A stretch of DNA of 64,000 nucleotides from a virus. The translations under genes were made by a program, and so were the position numbers. The stretch lies in the IMG/VR virus record IMGVR_UViG_3300032242_001752, positions 1-64,000 of that record. The stretch is one strand, 5' to 3'. The notes beneath the pieces were generated by a model. It searched no databases. It worked only from the letters and a program-made list of their open reading frames with translations, and was not told the origin of the DNA. Positions 17,059-26,533 of this stretch are shown here, piece by piece. Numbering within the stretch: the stretch's first letter is position 1; each line of letters opens with the position of its first letter.

Positions 17059-18147
17059 ATGGCATCAGGTATTACGGGTACCGGCAATCTAGCTGCCGCC
17101 CCAACCTCGTACTCAGGTACAAACACCCAGCTAACTCAGGCGATTCAGCAAATCTGGTCAAAGGAAATCCTTTTCCAGGCTATGCCGATTCTTCGCTTCG
17201 AGCAGTTCGCAGTTAAGAAGACAGAACTTGGTGTCGCACCGGGTCTTCAGATTAACTTCCTGCGTTACAACAACCTCGGATTTGCTTCGGCACTTGTTGA
17301 AGGTGTACGTATGCAGACCAACGCTCTGACTGCACAGCAGTTCTCAATCACCGTTTCAGAGCACGGATACGCACTTGCAGTTTCAGAGCTATTGCTAAAC
17401 GCATCTTTCGATGACGTTATGGCATCTGCTTCTCGTCTGCTTGGTCGTAACATGGCCCTTTACCTAGACAAGCTAAGCCGCGACACCCTTTACGGTGCGA
17501 CTTCTCAGGTTTGGGGTGAAGACCGTACCAACATGACCGCTATCACTAACGGTACTGGTAACTTCAACCAGTACGGTTACGGTACTAACGGTTCAAGCAA
17601 CGCTGGTATGACAGGTAACTACTTCTTGACTCCACGTACCGTTAAGGACGTAGTAGAGAACCTAGCGACCAAGAACATTCCAAGGCTTGGAGAAACTTAC
17701 GTTGCCTTCGTTCACCCTCACCAGTCACGTCGTCTACGCGACACTGCTGAGTTCATCGAAGTAACTAAGTACGCTGCTCCTGGTAACTTCATGCTAGGTG
17801 AAATCGGTCGTCTATACGACACCGTATTCATCGAGACTACTCAGGTCCGTAAGGTCACCAACGGTGCAGGTACTAACTGGACAGTTGACACAGCGGTTTC
17901 TAACCCAGTTCCAGCTGCTGGTGGAGGTTATGTAAGCCCTTCTGAGTGGACTGGTAACGGTTCATCTGACCGCTACGACGCTATCTTCATTGGAGATAAC
18001 GCATTCGGTCACGCTATTTCACTTCCTGTTGAGCTACGTGACGGTGGTATTCTAGACTTCGGTCGTGAACACGCACTAGCATGGTACTCAATCTTCGGTC
18101 TAGGTCTAATCACTGACCAGGCTGTGATTGTAGCTTCAACCAACTAA
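17059..18147 (+). CDS. major capsid protein (N4-gp56-like family)
   Basis: LxEG, VHP, GEIGRLY..F.ET, DFGR motifs; highest codon bias. Confidence 0.92.
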   Translation: MASGITGTGNLAAAPTSYSGTNTQLTQAIQQIWSKEILFQAMPILRFEQFAVKKTELGVAPGLQINFLRYNNLGFASALVEGVRMQTNALTAQQFSITVSEHGYALAVSELLLNASFDDVMASASRLLGRNMALYLDKLSRDTLYGATSQVWGEDRTNMTAITNGTGNFNQYGYGTNGSSNAGMTGNYFLTPRTVKDVVENLATKNIPRLGETYVAFVHPHQSRRLRDTAEFIEVTKYAAPGNFMLGEIGRLYDTVFIETTQVRKVTNGAGTNWTVDTAVSNPVPAAGGGYVSPSEWTGNGSSDRYDAIFIGDNAFGHAISLPVELRDGGILDFGREHALAWYSIFGLGLITDQAVIVASTN

Positions 18148-18154
18148 TTGTGAC

Positions 18155-18182
18155 AGGGGGGTCAGCAATGGCCCCCCTTTTA
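18155..18182 (+). terminator. intrinsic terminator after capsid gene
   Basis: GGGGGGTCA-GCAA-TGGCCCCCC followed by TTTT. Confidence 0.8.
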
Positions 18183-18224
18183 CAGCCCCCCGCAATACCG
18201 AGACACTAATTAGGAGAATACCCC

Positions 18225-18593
18225 GTGGCAACACAAAAGAAACCGGCTGACTTTACAGGTCGCCAAAGAGATGCCCTTGTCGCACAGCAGATTGAGGACC
18301 AAGCAGCTCGCGCAAGCGAACTAGCTATGGCTACCGCAGAGGCTGCTCGTAAAGTAGAGACTGAAGTCATCGACGCTACTAAGCCTAATCAAGCACAGCC
18401 AATCCTGCTTGACCAGGTTGTAAAGAGCGAAGATAAGGCTGCAACAGTCACTATCAGAATCTCGGACGATATCGAAGGTATGACTTTCGGTCCTGGAAAC
18501 TATTACACCTTTAAGGCTGGACAGAAGTATGAAGTTACTCCTGAACTAGCAGCTCACTTGGAGCTAAAGGGTTACGTATCCGCGAGATACTAA
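18225..18593 (+). CDS. head-associated hypothetical protein
   Basis: TAGGAG RBS, follows the capsid gene. Confidence 0.75.
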   Translation: MATQKKPADFTGRQRDALVAQQIEDQAARASELAMATAEAARKVETEVIDATKPNQAQPILLDQVVKSEDKAATVTIRISDDIEGMTFGPGNYYTFKAGQKYEVTPELAAHLELKGYVSARY

Positions 18594-18706
18594 AAACTAC
18601 TTCAGACGGGGCAGCGGGCTATTATGCCCGCTGTTTCGTTTATCCAGACTTTTTGTACGTTCTAAGTCATTATAGAAATGACTACTTTTGTTAGGTTGGG
18701 CTTAAT

Positions 18707-19978
18707 ATGGCAACTCTTACAGACCTCATTACTAAGGTCCGTACTGAAATTAACGACCAGGCAAAACAATTTACTAAGACTTTTACTGGCGATGGTGTTA
18801 CCACTACTTTTAATTTAGGGGTTAAACCAGTTGACTCTTCAACTCTTTTAGTTAAAGACAACACCACTACTCTTCTTAATCCAGCTGACTACACAATAGA
18901 AACTGTTTATGGAGTTATCCATACAACTACAGCTCCTGCATCTGGTCATACATTAAGCGTAAATGGAAATGTGTGGCGTTATTTTTCAGATGCTGAGATT
19001 ACAGACTTTGTTAATACCGCTCTTTTACAGCACACTAATAACCGCACAGATGCCTTTGGAAGCGCTATAACTATCTCTACCCTACCTGAGATTGAAGTTT
19101 ATCCATTGACCATCCTATCGGTCGTAGAAGCCCTATATGCCCTAGCTACGGACGCGTCCTTTGACATCAATATTAGCGCCCCAGATGGTGTTACTATCCC
19201 TCGTAGCCAGCGATTTAGTCAAATAAGTGCTTTAATCAATCAGCGTATGGAAAACTATAAGAGCATTTGTGCCGCTCTTAACATTGGTCTATGGCGCATC
19301 GAGATTGGAACTCTACGCAGAGTGAGTCGTACTACTAATAAGCTTGTTCCAGTTTATGTTCCTCAAGAAATTGATGACTCAAGTAGTCCGGACAGAGTTT
19401 ACTTGCAAAATGACTTAAATGGATATGCTCCAATTGCATCCACAGCAACCACTCTAGACTTGAAGGCTTACCAGGGTGACACGTTTACCCAGACTATTAC
19501 GCTTCCATCTACAGTTGGATTTACAACTTCTGCTAGCGTAACGGCTAACGTAGCGGCAAATACAAATATAACTATCCCTGCAAATACTAATATCACTGTA
19601 GGCATGAATGTTACCGCAAGCGGAGGAACTGTTACCACCTTCCCTGCTGGAGTAACTGTGACTAAGATAGTTAACTCTACAACTATTTGGCTAAGCGCTG
19701 CGGTAAATGTTTCAGGAACTACTTTGACATTTATTAACCAGACTCTAGCTGCTCAAGTTAGAACTTACCCAGGCTCTCCTACCCTCTGGGCAACATTTAC
19801 TATTGCTATCGTTGACCCAGTAGCTAGAACTGTTAGTTTGACTCTGCCAAGCGCAGCAACTACTTCACTACCTGTTAGAACGTTCTGGGATATCCAAGGA
19901 ACATCTACCACTAATCAGGCTGTTACTACTTACTTTAAAGGCCAAATCTTTACCACGCAGCAAGTCACGATTGTATAG
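18707..19978 (+). CDS. head-tail adaptor or neck protein with extra beta domains
   Basis: LITKVRTEI.D and YFSDAEI..F adaptor-like motifs; inserted modules. Confidence 0.65.
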   Translation: MATLTDLITKVRTEINDQAKQFTKTFTGDGVTTTFNLGVKPVDSSTLLVKDNTTTLLNPADYTIETVYGVIHTTTAPASGHTLSVNGNVWRYFSDAEITDFVNTALLQHTNNRTDAFGSAITISTLPEIEVYPLTILSVVEALYALATDASFDINISAPDGVTIPRSQRFSQISALINQRMENYKSICAALNIGLWRIEIGTLRRVSRTTNKLVPVYVPQEIDDSSSPDRVYLQNDLNGYAPIASTATTLDLKAYQGDTFTQTITLPSTVGFTTSASVTANVAANTNITIPANTNITVGMNVTASGGTVTTFPAGVTVTKIVNSTTIWLSAAVNVSGTTLTFINQTLAAQVRTYPGSPTLWATFTIAIVDPVARTVSLTLPSAATTSLPVRTFWDIQGTSTTNQAVTTYFKGQIFTTQQVTIV

Positions 19979-20053
19979 TTCACGCTCTATTAGTCGTGGT
20001 TTTCCCGTAAAATAAAACCAGGTTCATGCTTTAACCAAATTTAGGAATGTAAA

Positions 20054-22930
20054 ATGACCGTAAATAATCCTCAGTTAGACCCTACCAATAAGCTACGCGT
20101 TACGCAGCCACAGGCTCTAATCGATACAGACTTTGAATATGGTACTCAGGTATCTAAGTGGGAGAACGTTGCTCTTACTAATAACCGCCCATTTGTTTAC
20201 CCTAGCTCAGCTTTAGCTATTACTAACGTAGCTATTGACGCTACTGACCCTACTCAAATTAACGTGACTAGCACGGCTAACCCAGGCGTTAACTCCGTGG
20301 TAATTGTAAACGATACGCTTTTAGTAGCGGCTAATGGTACTTTCGTAGTAACTGCTAGCTCTGGTTCTGCTTTCTCTTACAAAATGAAAACCGCTGGTAC
20401 TACAAGCCAGGTTATTTATGACGCAAATAAGACCGGTATATCTAAAGGCGCTTTGTACACAGGCGCTCAAATTGGTGGAGATCTTGCCCAAACTGCTTTT
20501 TCACTAGCTCCATTTGATGGTTCTACACCAATCACAGTAACTACTACAGTACCTCACGGCCTTTCTATTGGAAATGAAATTGCAGTCACAGCTACAGGTG
20601 CAACAGCTGGAGTTACAGGGTCCTTCTTAGTTAGCCGTGTAAATAGCGCTACCCAGTTTACTTACAATGCAAGGGTTACCGTTGGCTCACTTGGTACCTT
20701 TACTGATGGCCGTATTTATGTTCGCCCACAGGCCCAGTTCTTACACCGTCCTTATGATGGCGGTGTTATCTTTACAAGTAACGGTCAGTCATCTTGGCAG
20801 TCAGCTGCTCGTCAGACTCGTCGTTACTTCCGCTATCAGTCAGGTAAGGGTATTCAGATTTCATCTGGAACTATTTTAAAGCCTAATTTCCAAGCAGATA
20901 CTTTGATTTATACTCAAGCAACTGGTTTGATCACGGTTACTACAAAAGACCAGCACAATCTACAGACCGTACCGCCTGACGCTACTGTGACTATTTATGG
21001 CGCTAATGAGTCTGGTTTTAATGGTACTTTCCAAATTACCAGCGTTACTTCTGGTAATACGTTTACTGTAACTCCAGTAGCTAACGCCTTTAGCGCAGAC
21101 ACTACCGCGTCTGGAAACTTTTATGTTTCTACATCAGGTTGGTGGGGGGCTAGAAACCGCTTGGGTATCTTTGACCAACAGAACGGTTTATTTTTTGAGT
21201 TTGATGGCCAACAGCTATATGCTGTTCGCCGTAACTCAACTTACCAGATTGCTGGTCGTGTAGACGTCACTAACGGTAGCACCAACGTTACTGCTAGCAC
21301 TGCGGCAGGTAACGCGTTTATTGGAACATTATTCTCTAAGCAACTTACTCCAGGTGACTTTATCGTTATTAAAGGTCAATCATATCGTGTAGAAGGAATT
21401 ACCTCTGATACATCTATGATTATTTCTCCAGCGTATCGTGGTACAACCGCTACTGCAATTATGGTATCAAAGACCGTAGACACCCGTGTTCCACAATCAC
21501 AGTGGAACCTTGACAAAATGGATGGAAGCGGACCTAGCGGAACTAACGGTAGCAGCCTTACCTCTCCTTCAGGCTACACAATTGACTTAACCAGGATGCA
21601 AATGTTCTACATCGACTTCTCTTGGTACGGTGCCGGATTCGTTCGTTGGGGCCTTCGTGGCACCGATGGTGACGTAACTTATGTCCACAAAATGCAAAAC
21701 AACAACGTAAACGCTGAAGCATATATGCGTTCTGGTAACTTGCCTGGTCGTTATGAAAGCGCAACTATTCCTCCAGTAACTACCGCTACCGCAAGCATTA
21801 GTTCTACTGACCTTGTAATTAACGTTGCAGACACTAGCCAGTTCCCATCAACTGGTGTTTTGCAAATTAAACAATACACAAGCGCGACTGCTGCAAAAAT
21901 TGAGCACGTTTACTATTCAAGTAAAACTGCTACAAAGTTTATTATCCCAGCGTATAGCGGAACGGTTAATACTTCACTAGGCCGTGCTGGCGCAGGCGCT
22001 ACTTTTACAACTACTACATTCGGTTCAGGAGCTACCGCTAACCGAATTACAGTAAGCCCTGCTTCTAGCTTGTCAACTGTTCAAATTGGTATGCGCTTGC
22101 AATCAGTAGGAAATACTACGGGCGGTACTGTAAACGCCTTTACTGATGCTACCTACATTACTAACTTAGACACAGTAAATGGTTACGTTTACACTAGCCA
22201 AACTCCTTTGGTTACTACAGCTAATACCAAGGTTACAGCTCTAAGTATGAGTGCAAGCACCCCTCAGGCATTTACTTATTCATCTACTCAGCCTATTGCA
22301 GTTGAATTGGCTTACCCTACTTTGGCCCCTACAATCAGCCACTGGGGTACTTCGGTAATCATGGATGGTCGTTTTGATGATGACAAGTCTTTGCTATTTA
22401 CCTACGGTCAAACAGCAAAGACTACAATTGCGGCATCTGCAACTAACGCTCTTATGTCCATCCGTATCGCTCCTTCTGTGGATAACGGTACAATTGGTGC
22501 GTTTGGTTCAAGAGAGCTTATTAACCGTATGCAATTGGTTCTTCGTGCCCTAGATATATCACTCCTAACTGCAAACAGTAACATCCTAGTAACAGCTGTG
22601 CTTAACGGTGTACCAGGTTCTGCTGTGGCATGGTCAGGAATTGGTACTCCAACATCAAGCCTTGCACAAATCGCAGACTATGCAGGAACTACAGTTACAG
22701 CTACTGGTGGTGAAACTACTGGTGGATTCTTTGTATCTACCACTGCCAGCGTTGATTTATCCCTAGTTCGTGACTTAGGTAACGCAGTACTTGGTGGAGG
22801 AAGCACTAACTCTAACACCGGTATTTACCCAGATGGACCAGATACGCTGACTATTTTGGTTAAGAACCTAAGCACAACTGCTAGTGTTGACGTAGTAGGC
22901 CGTCTATCTTGGACCGAAGCTCAGGCTTAA
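20054..22930 (+). CDS. large virion structural or fibre protein
   Basis: 958 aa; RQTRRYFRYQSGK and IDFSWYGAG motifs of large-phage structural proteins; repeated beta modules. Confidence 0.65.
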   Translation: MTVNNPQLDPTNKLRVTQPQALIDTDFEYGTQVSKWENVALTNNRPFVYPSSALAITNVAIDATDPTQINVTSTANPGVNSVVIVNDTLLVAANGTFVVTASSGSAFSYKMKTAGTTSQVIYDANKTGISKGALYTGAQIGGDLAQTAFSLAPFDGSTPITVTTTVPHGLSIGNEIAVTATGATAGVTGSFLVSRVNSATQFTYNARVTVGSLGTFTDGRIYVRPQAQFLHRPYDGGVIFTSNGQSSWQSAARQTRRYFRYQSGKGIQISSGTILKPNFQADTLIYTQATGLITVTTKDQHNLQTVPPDATVTIYGANESGFNGTFQITSVTSGNTFTVTPVANAFSADTTASGNFYVSTSGWWGARNRLGIFDQQNGLFFEFDGQQLYAVRRNSTYQIAGRVDVTNGSTNVTASTAAGNAFIGTLFSKQLTPGDFIVIKGQSYRVEGITSDTSMIISPAYRGTTATAIMVSKTVDTRVPQSQWNLDKMDGSGPSGTNGSSLTSPSGYTIDLTRMQMFYIDFSWYGAGFVRWGLRGTDGDVTYVHKMQNNNVNAEAYMRSGNLPGRYESATIPPVTTATASISSTDLVINVADTSQFPSTGVLQIKQYTSATAAKIEHVYYSSKTATKFIIPAYSGTVNTSLGRAGAGATFTTTTFGSGATANRITVSPASSLSTVQIGMRLQSVGNTTGGTVNAFTDATYITNLDTVNGYVYTSQTPLVTTANTKVTALSMSASTPQAFTYSSTQPIAVELAYPTLAPTISHWGTSVIMDGRFDDDKSLLFTYGQTAKTTIAASATNALMSIRIAPSVDNGTIGAFGSRELINRMQLVLRALDISLLTANSNILVTAVLNGVPGSAVAWSGIGTPTSSLAQIADYAGTTVTATGGETTGGFFVSTTASVDLSLVRDLGNAVLGGGSTNSNTGIYPDGPDTLTILVKNLSTTASVDVVGRLSWTEAQA

Positions 22931-22933
22931 TAT

Positions 22934-23467
22934 ATGCGTTCCTACAACGTTGGTGGTAGGTTTGATTCTGACTTTGAGTCCGATCAAATCAGCGATGGCA
23001 TATCTGCCGACCTCACCAACACTGTAGGAACCACAGCTGAGTGGTGGAAGTTTGATGCTACCAACTCTGTAAAAGATACTATCTATGACGTTGAGCCTAT
23101 TGGCACTGGCCGTGTTTGGATAGGTCCAGCTATTATTCCTGTAATCCGTGCTACGGTAACTGAAGGCTCATCGCTTCTTAATGAACGCGGTTTCTACAAC
23201 GTAGATGCGTTGCACCTTACTCTCAATATTGACGACGTTTACGCAATTTCCCCTGAGCTATTCTACGATAAAGGTTTAGTTAAGACCACAATTGACCTAG
23301 TAGATAAGTATAGAATTGTATTTAAGAATCAAGTATTTAGGCCTACTAAGACTCAACCAGCTGGTTTAGTTTCTAATCGCCACACTTTGATTATTGTCGA
23401 GTTAACCCAGCTTGCGCCAGATGAGTTAGTAAATGACTCTCAGTTCTTGGCGTACGCCCAACCATAG
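22934..23467 (+). CDS. putative head-closure protein
   Basis: position and beta-rich 177-aa sequence. Confidence 0.5.
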   Translation: MRSYNVGGRFDSDFESDQISDGISADLTNTVGTTAEWWKFDATNSVKDTIYDVEPIGTGRVWIGPAIIPVIRATVTEGSSLLNERGFYNVDALHLTLNIDDVYAISPELFYDKGLVKTTIDLVDKYRIVFKNQVFRPTKTQPAGLVSNRHTLIIVELTQLAPDELVNDSQFLAYAQP

Positions 23468-23475
23468 GAGCTAAA

Positions 23476-23922
23476 ATGGCTAAGAAAAAAGACGGCCTGC
23501 CAGAAGTTACTGATTACGGTACGCCTAAGTATCACCCTCAAACTCACATGGGAGTCATTCACGGGTACACCGAAAAAGGTGACCTAGTGGGAGTGACAAA
23601 GGCAGCAGACCCTGAAGCAGGTAATCCAGCTGGAAAGCCATGGGACATTATCCGTTTGCACAATGAAATGGATAACATGTCTAAAAAGGGAATTACTCCT
23701 AAGTTTAGTCTTGTAGAGCGCCCAAAGACAGAATCCGCAGATGACAAAAGTGCTGAAGCTCGCGCTAAGGGCAGTGCTACTACTCCTATGAATAAAAATA
23801 GAGGTGTAGCTAAACCCAAGCCAAAAGCTCCTGCTAAGAAGGCAGCCATTGCTAAAAAGCCTGCTGCTAAAACTGCTGCAAAGCCAGCTGCCAAGAAACC
23901 TGTGGCCAAGAAGACTAAGTAA
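23476..23922 (+). CDS. basic protein with histone-like KPAAK tail
   Basis: Lys/Ala/Pro-rich C-terminus. Confidence 0.8.
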   Translation: MAKKKDGLPEVTDYGTPKYHPQTHMGVIHGYTEKGDLVGVTKAADPEAGNPAGKPWDIIRLHNEMDNMSKKGITPKFSLVERPKTESADDKSAEARAKGSATTPMNKNRGVAKPKPKAPAKKAAIAKKPAAKTAAKPAAKKPVAKKTK

Positions 23923-24059
23923 TGCCGTTCAAGTCTAAGGACCAAGAAAAGTGGATGTTTGCTAATTATCCACAAATGGCTAAACAATGGGCTGCAGTTA
24001 CCCCAGATCAAAAAGCTTTACCTAAAAAAGTAAAAAAGAAAAAGAAGAAGAAGAAATGA
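23922..24059 (+). CDS. 45-aa basic protein MPFKSKDQ... with poly-Lys tail (not in track)
   Basis: TAATG overlap. Confidence 0.75.
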   Translation: MPFKSKDQEKWMFANYPQMAKQWAAVTPDQKALPKKVKKKKKKKK

Positions 24060-24166
24060 CTATCGATTTACCTTACGCTACCGGAATAGCGCTTATTGTC
24101 GGATTAACTATCGTGTCTATTGTGTTTATTATTGCTAAAGCAGTAGTGGCAGTGAAGAGGAAATAA
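24056..24166 (+). CDS. 36-aa single-TM microprotein (not in track)
   Basis: ATGA and TAATG overlaps; hydrophobic. Confidence 0.6.
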   Translation: MTIDLPYATGIALIVGLTIVSIVFIIAKAVVAVKRK

Positions 24167-24330
24167 TGGCAGATAAACCTGTTTGGGATAAAAAGAATCC
24201 TAAGAAGAATCACAAAGACTTAAGCCCTAAACAAGAATCGGCCGCTAAAGCCAGAGCTAAAGCTGCTGGTCGTCCTTACCCTAACCTAGTTGATAATATG
24301 GCAGTTGCCAAAAAGGCAAAGAAGAAATAA
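24166..24330 (+). CDS. 54-aa basic protein (not in track)
   Basis: LSPKQESAAKARAKAAGRPYPNLVDNM. Confidence 0.75.
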   Translation: MADKPVWDKKNPKKNHKDLSPKQESAAKARAKAAGRPYPNLVDNMAVAKKAKKK

Positions 24331-24564
24331 ATGGCTAAGGTAACTGCTGGTGGTCTAAAGCACAACGTCACTAAAAAACAAGAAGACCGTGGTGCCGGTA
24401 ATAAAGGCGACATCATTGTCGAACAAAATAGCAAGTCTGGCAAAAAAGAACGCATGAACCTTACTAAATTAGCTGGTGCCAAGACTGTTAAGCAAGGCAT
24501 TAAGGCTACTAAGGCATACCATAAGAAACACCCTAATATTGCAAAAGGAAAAAGAAATGGCTAA
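24331..24564 (+). CDS. basic hypothetical protein
   Basis: 77 aa, Lys-rich. Confidence 0.75.
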   Translation: MAKVTAGGLKHNVTKKQEDRGAGNKGDIIVEQNSKSGKKERMNLTKLAGAKTVKQGIKATKAYHKKHPNIAKGKRNG

Positions 24565-24868
24565 AACACCTGCTTGGGAGCGTAAAGAAGGCAAGAACCC
24601 TAATGGCGGATTAAACGCCAAGGGCCGTGCTTCTGCTAAAGCTCAGGGCCACAATCTAAAGGCCCCAGTAAAATCTGGCGATAATCCTCGTCGCGCATCT
24701 TTCCTTGCTCGTATGGCTGGTAATCCAGGCCCAGAGCGTAAGCCTAATGGCGAACCTACAAGACTTCTACTTAGTCTACAGGCATGGGGAGCTTCCTCAA
24801 AAGCTGACGCTAAGAAGAAAGCAGCAGCTATGTCAAAACGACTAGATGCTAAAAAGAAAAAGAAGTAA
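24557..24868 (+). CDS. DUF6321-like basic protein
   Basis: AWERKEGKNPNGGLNAKGRAS...RRASFLARM; start moved to ATG 24557. Confidence 0.7.
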   Translation: MAKTPAWERKEGKNPNGGLNAKGRASAKAQGHNLKAPVKSGDNPRRASFLARMAGNPGPERKPNGEPTRLLLSLQAWGASSKADAKKKAAAMSKRLDAKKKKK

Positions 24869-24876
24869 GGAGCATT

Positions 24877-24933
24877 ATGCCAGAGTGTAAATGCGATAAT
24901 TGTAAATGTCGAAAGGACCAGCCAAATGGCTAA
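24877..24933 (+). CDS. 18-aa Cys-rich micropeptide MPECKCDNCKCRKDQPNG
   Basis: AAGGAG RBS; overlaps the next start. Confidence 0.5.
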   Translation: MPECKCDNCKCRKDQPNG

Positions 24934-25174
24934 AGAAAAGATTTGTAGTTGCGGTAAGTGTTCCGCATGTAAGGCTAAGGCTAAGAAGAAAGCTCCTAAG
25001 AAAGCTCCTCTAGGCCAGGGCGGTAGATTTAAGGCTATTGAAAAAGAAGCCGCCAAATCTGGCGCAAAAAACCCAGCCGCTGTTGCCGCAGCTGCCGGCA
25101 TGAAAAAGTACGGCAAAAAGAAAATGGTAAAGCTTGAACAAAAAGGCAAGCGCGACGCTAAGAAAGGCAAATAA
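24926..25174 (+). CDS. basic protein with N-terminal CxCxxCxxC
   Basis: LGQGGRFK...GAKNPAAVAAA.G.KKYGKKKM. Confidence 0.75.
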   Translation: MAKEKICSCGKCSACKAKAKKKAPKKAPLGQGGRFKAIEKEAAKSGAKNPAAVAAAAGMKKYGKKKMVKLEQKGKRDAKKGK

Positions 25175-25176
25175 CC

Positions 25177-25416
25177 ATGGCAATGCACTCAAAGAAGAAC
25201 GCAGCTAATAAAGGCAAGAACCCTTGGACCGGCTCAAAGGCTGATGAAAAAGCCGATAAGAAAGAAATGCAGGGCATGAGCCCTAAGCAGAAGGCTGCCT
25301 TTAAGAAGGGCGACAAGAAGATGGATGCTAAGAACCCATCTAAAAAGGCTGACATGAAGATGGATGCTGCTTTGGCTAAGAAGGTCAAGAAGACTGTTCC
25401 TGCTAAAAAGAAGTAA
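25177..25416 (+). CDS. basic K/D/M-rich protein
   Basis: 79 aa, last gene of the cluster. Confidence 0.75.
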   Translation: MAMHSKKNAANKGKNPWTGSKADEKADKKEMQGMSPKQKAAFKKGDKKMDAKNPSKKADMKMDAALAKKVKKTVPAKKK

Positions 25417-25428
25417 ATAAAAAAGTTT

Positions 25429-25455
25429 AGCCCCCTAACTGGGGGCTTTTCTTTT
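25429..25455 (+). terminator. intrinsic terminator
   Basis: AGCCCCC-TAACT-GGGGGCT followed by TTTCTTTT. Confidence 0.8.
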
Positions 25456-25559
25456 ATCCTATAAGTGACCCCATGCGGGGGTTGATTCAAACTTGCGTTT
25501 TACTTTGCGACTCCAATGGAGATTACTATGTCATATCTTGAAAGCCCGAGGGCTCGATA

Positions 25560-25886
25560 ATGACCGCTAAGTTTATAAACGCCTCTGTAACTTCCCTAAA
25601 GGGCCTAGACAAGTCCCTTACTACAGAGCTACGCGCCGATGCTGTTAAAGCTGGTTGGCCTGCAAAAGTAGCTAAAAACCTAACTGTAACTGTAGATAAA
25701 CTGTCTATTCTTATTAAGTACCCTGACGAGTATAACCAGCAGGTAGACGATTTAGAATACGGTACAGAGGATCTTACCCCTAAGCCTATATTTCGCACTT
25801 TCTTAAACAAGCACTCTGATTTAATAGATAATCAGGTTTCTGAGTGGTCATTAGACTATTTAATTAATGGAGATATTATCCCATGA
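25560..25886 (+). CDS. neck or tail-completion protein
   Basis: LEYGT....P.P..R motif, position. Confidence 0.6.
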   Translation: MTAKFINASVTSLKGLDKSLTTELRADAVKAGWPAKVAKNLTVTVDKLSILIKYPDEYNQQVDDLEYGTEDLTPKPIFRTFLNKHSDLIDNQVSEWSLDYLINGDIIP

Positions 25887-26494
25887 GTTTTATCTTAAGT
25901 GAGGACCTAGCTCTTAAAACGCTACTTACAGGAATTACTGTAACAGACGACAAGAACGCTAGCCGTGCTGTGGGAGTTTGGTTTGCTAACCCTGACGTGG
26001 AATCTCGTAGCCAAAGCTACCCATACATTACTATTGAGCTACTAGATTTTGACCCAGCCGGCTACCGTCAGCATTCTGGTATTTTCGTAGATAATGACCT
26101 TCAGGGTACAATAACCCCAGCGTCAGGCACAGACTACATCTATGAGATTCCTATTGCCTGGGACTTAATGTACCAGATTACTACCTATTCTCGTCATCCT
26201 AGGCATGACAGAACCATTATTGCTTACCTTTTAAATAAGGTATTTGTATCAAAACGCGGCTATTTGACCGTCCCTAACGACCTGGGAACTGAGTCATCTT
26301 ATCGCCATTTGATATTAGAAGAGTTCACAAAACGTGATACCATTGAAGATAACCGCAGGTTATATAGAAATGTATTCACTGTAACTGTGAGTAGCGAAGG
26401 TACTGTCGCGTCGTACACATCGACTAAGGAAGTATCTACAGTTAAAATTAACGCTGAAATAAACGACATCCCATCTGGCAAACAACCTATCTAA
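25883..26494 (+). CDS. tail terminator or completion protein
   Basis: YPYITI..., directly before sheath. Confidence 0.6.
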   Translation: MSFILSEDLALKTLLTGITVTDDKNASRAVGVWFANPDVESRSQSYPYITIELLDFDPAGYRQHSGIFVDNDLQGTITPASGTDYIYEIPIAWDLMYQITTYSRHPRHDRTIIAYLLNKVFVSKRGYLTVPNDLGTESSYRHLILEEFTKRDTIEDNRRLYRNVFTVTVSSEGTVASYTSTKEVSTVKINAEINDIPSGKQPI

Positions 26495-26533
26495 TATTTG
26501 ATAACCCCCTAACTATTATCAAGGAGAAATCTA

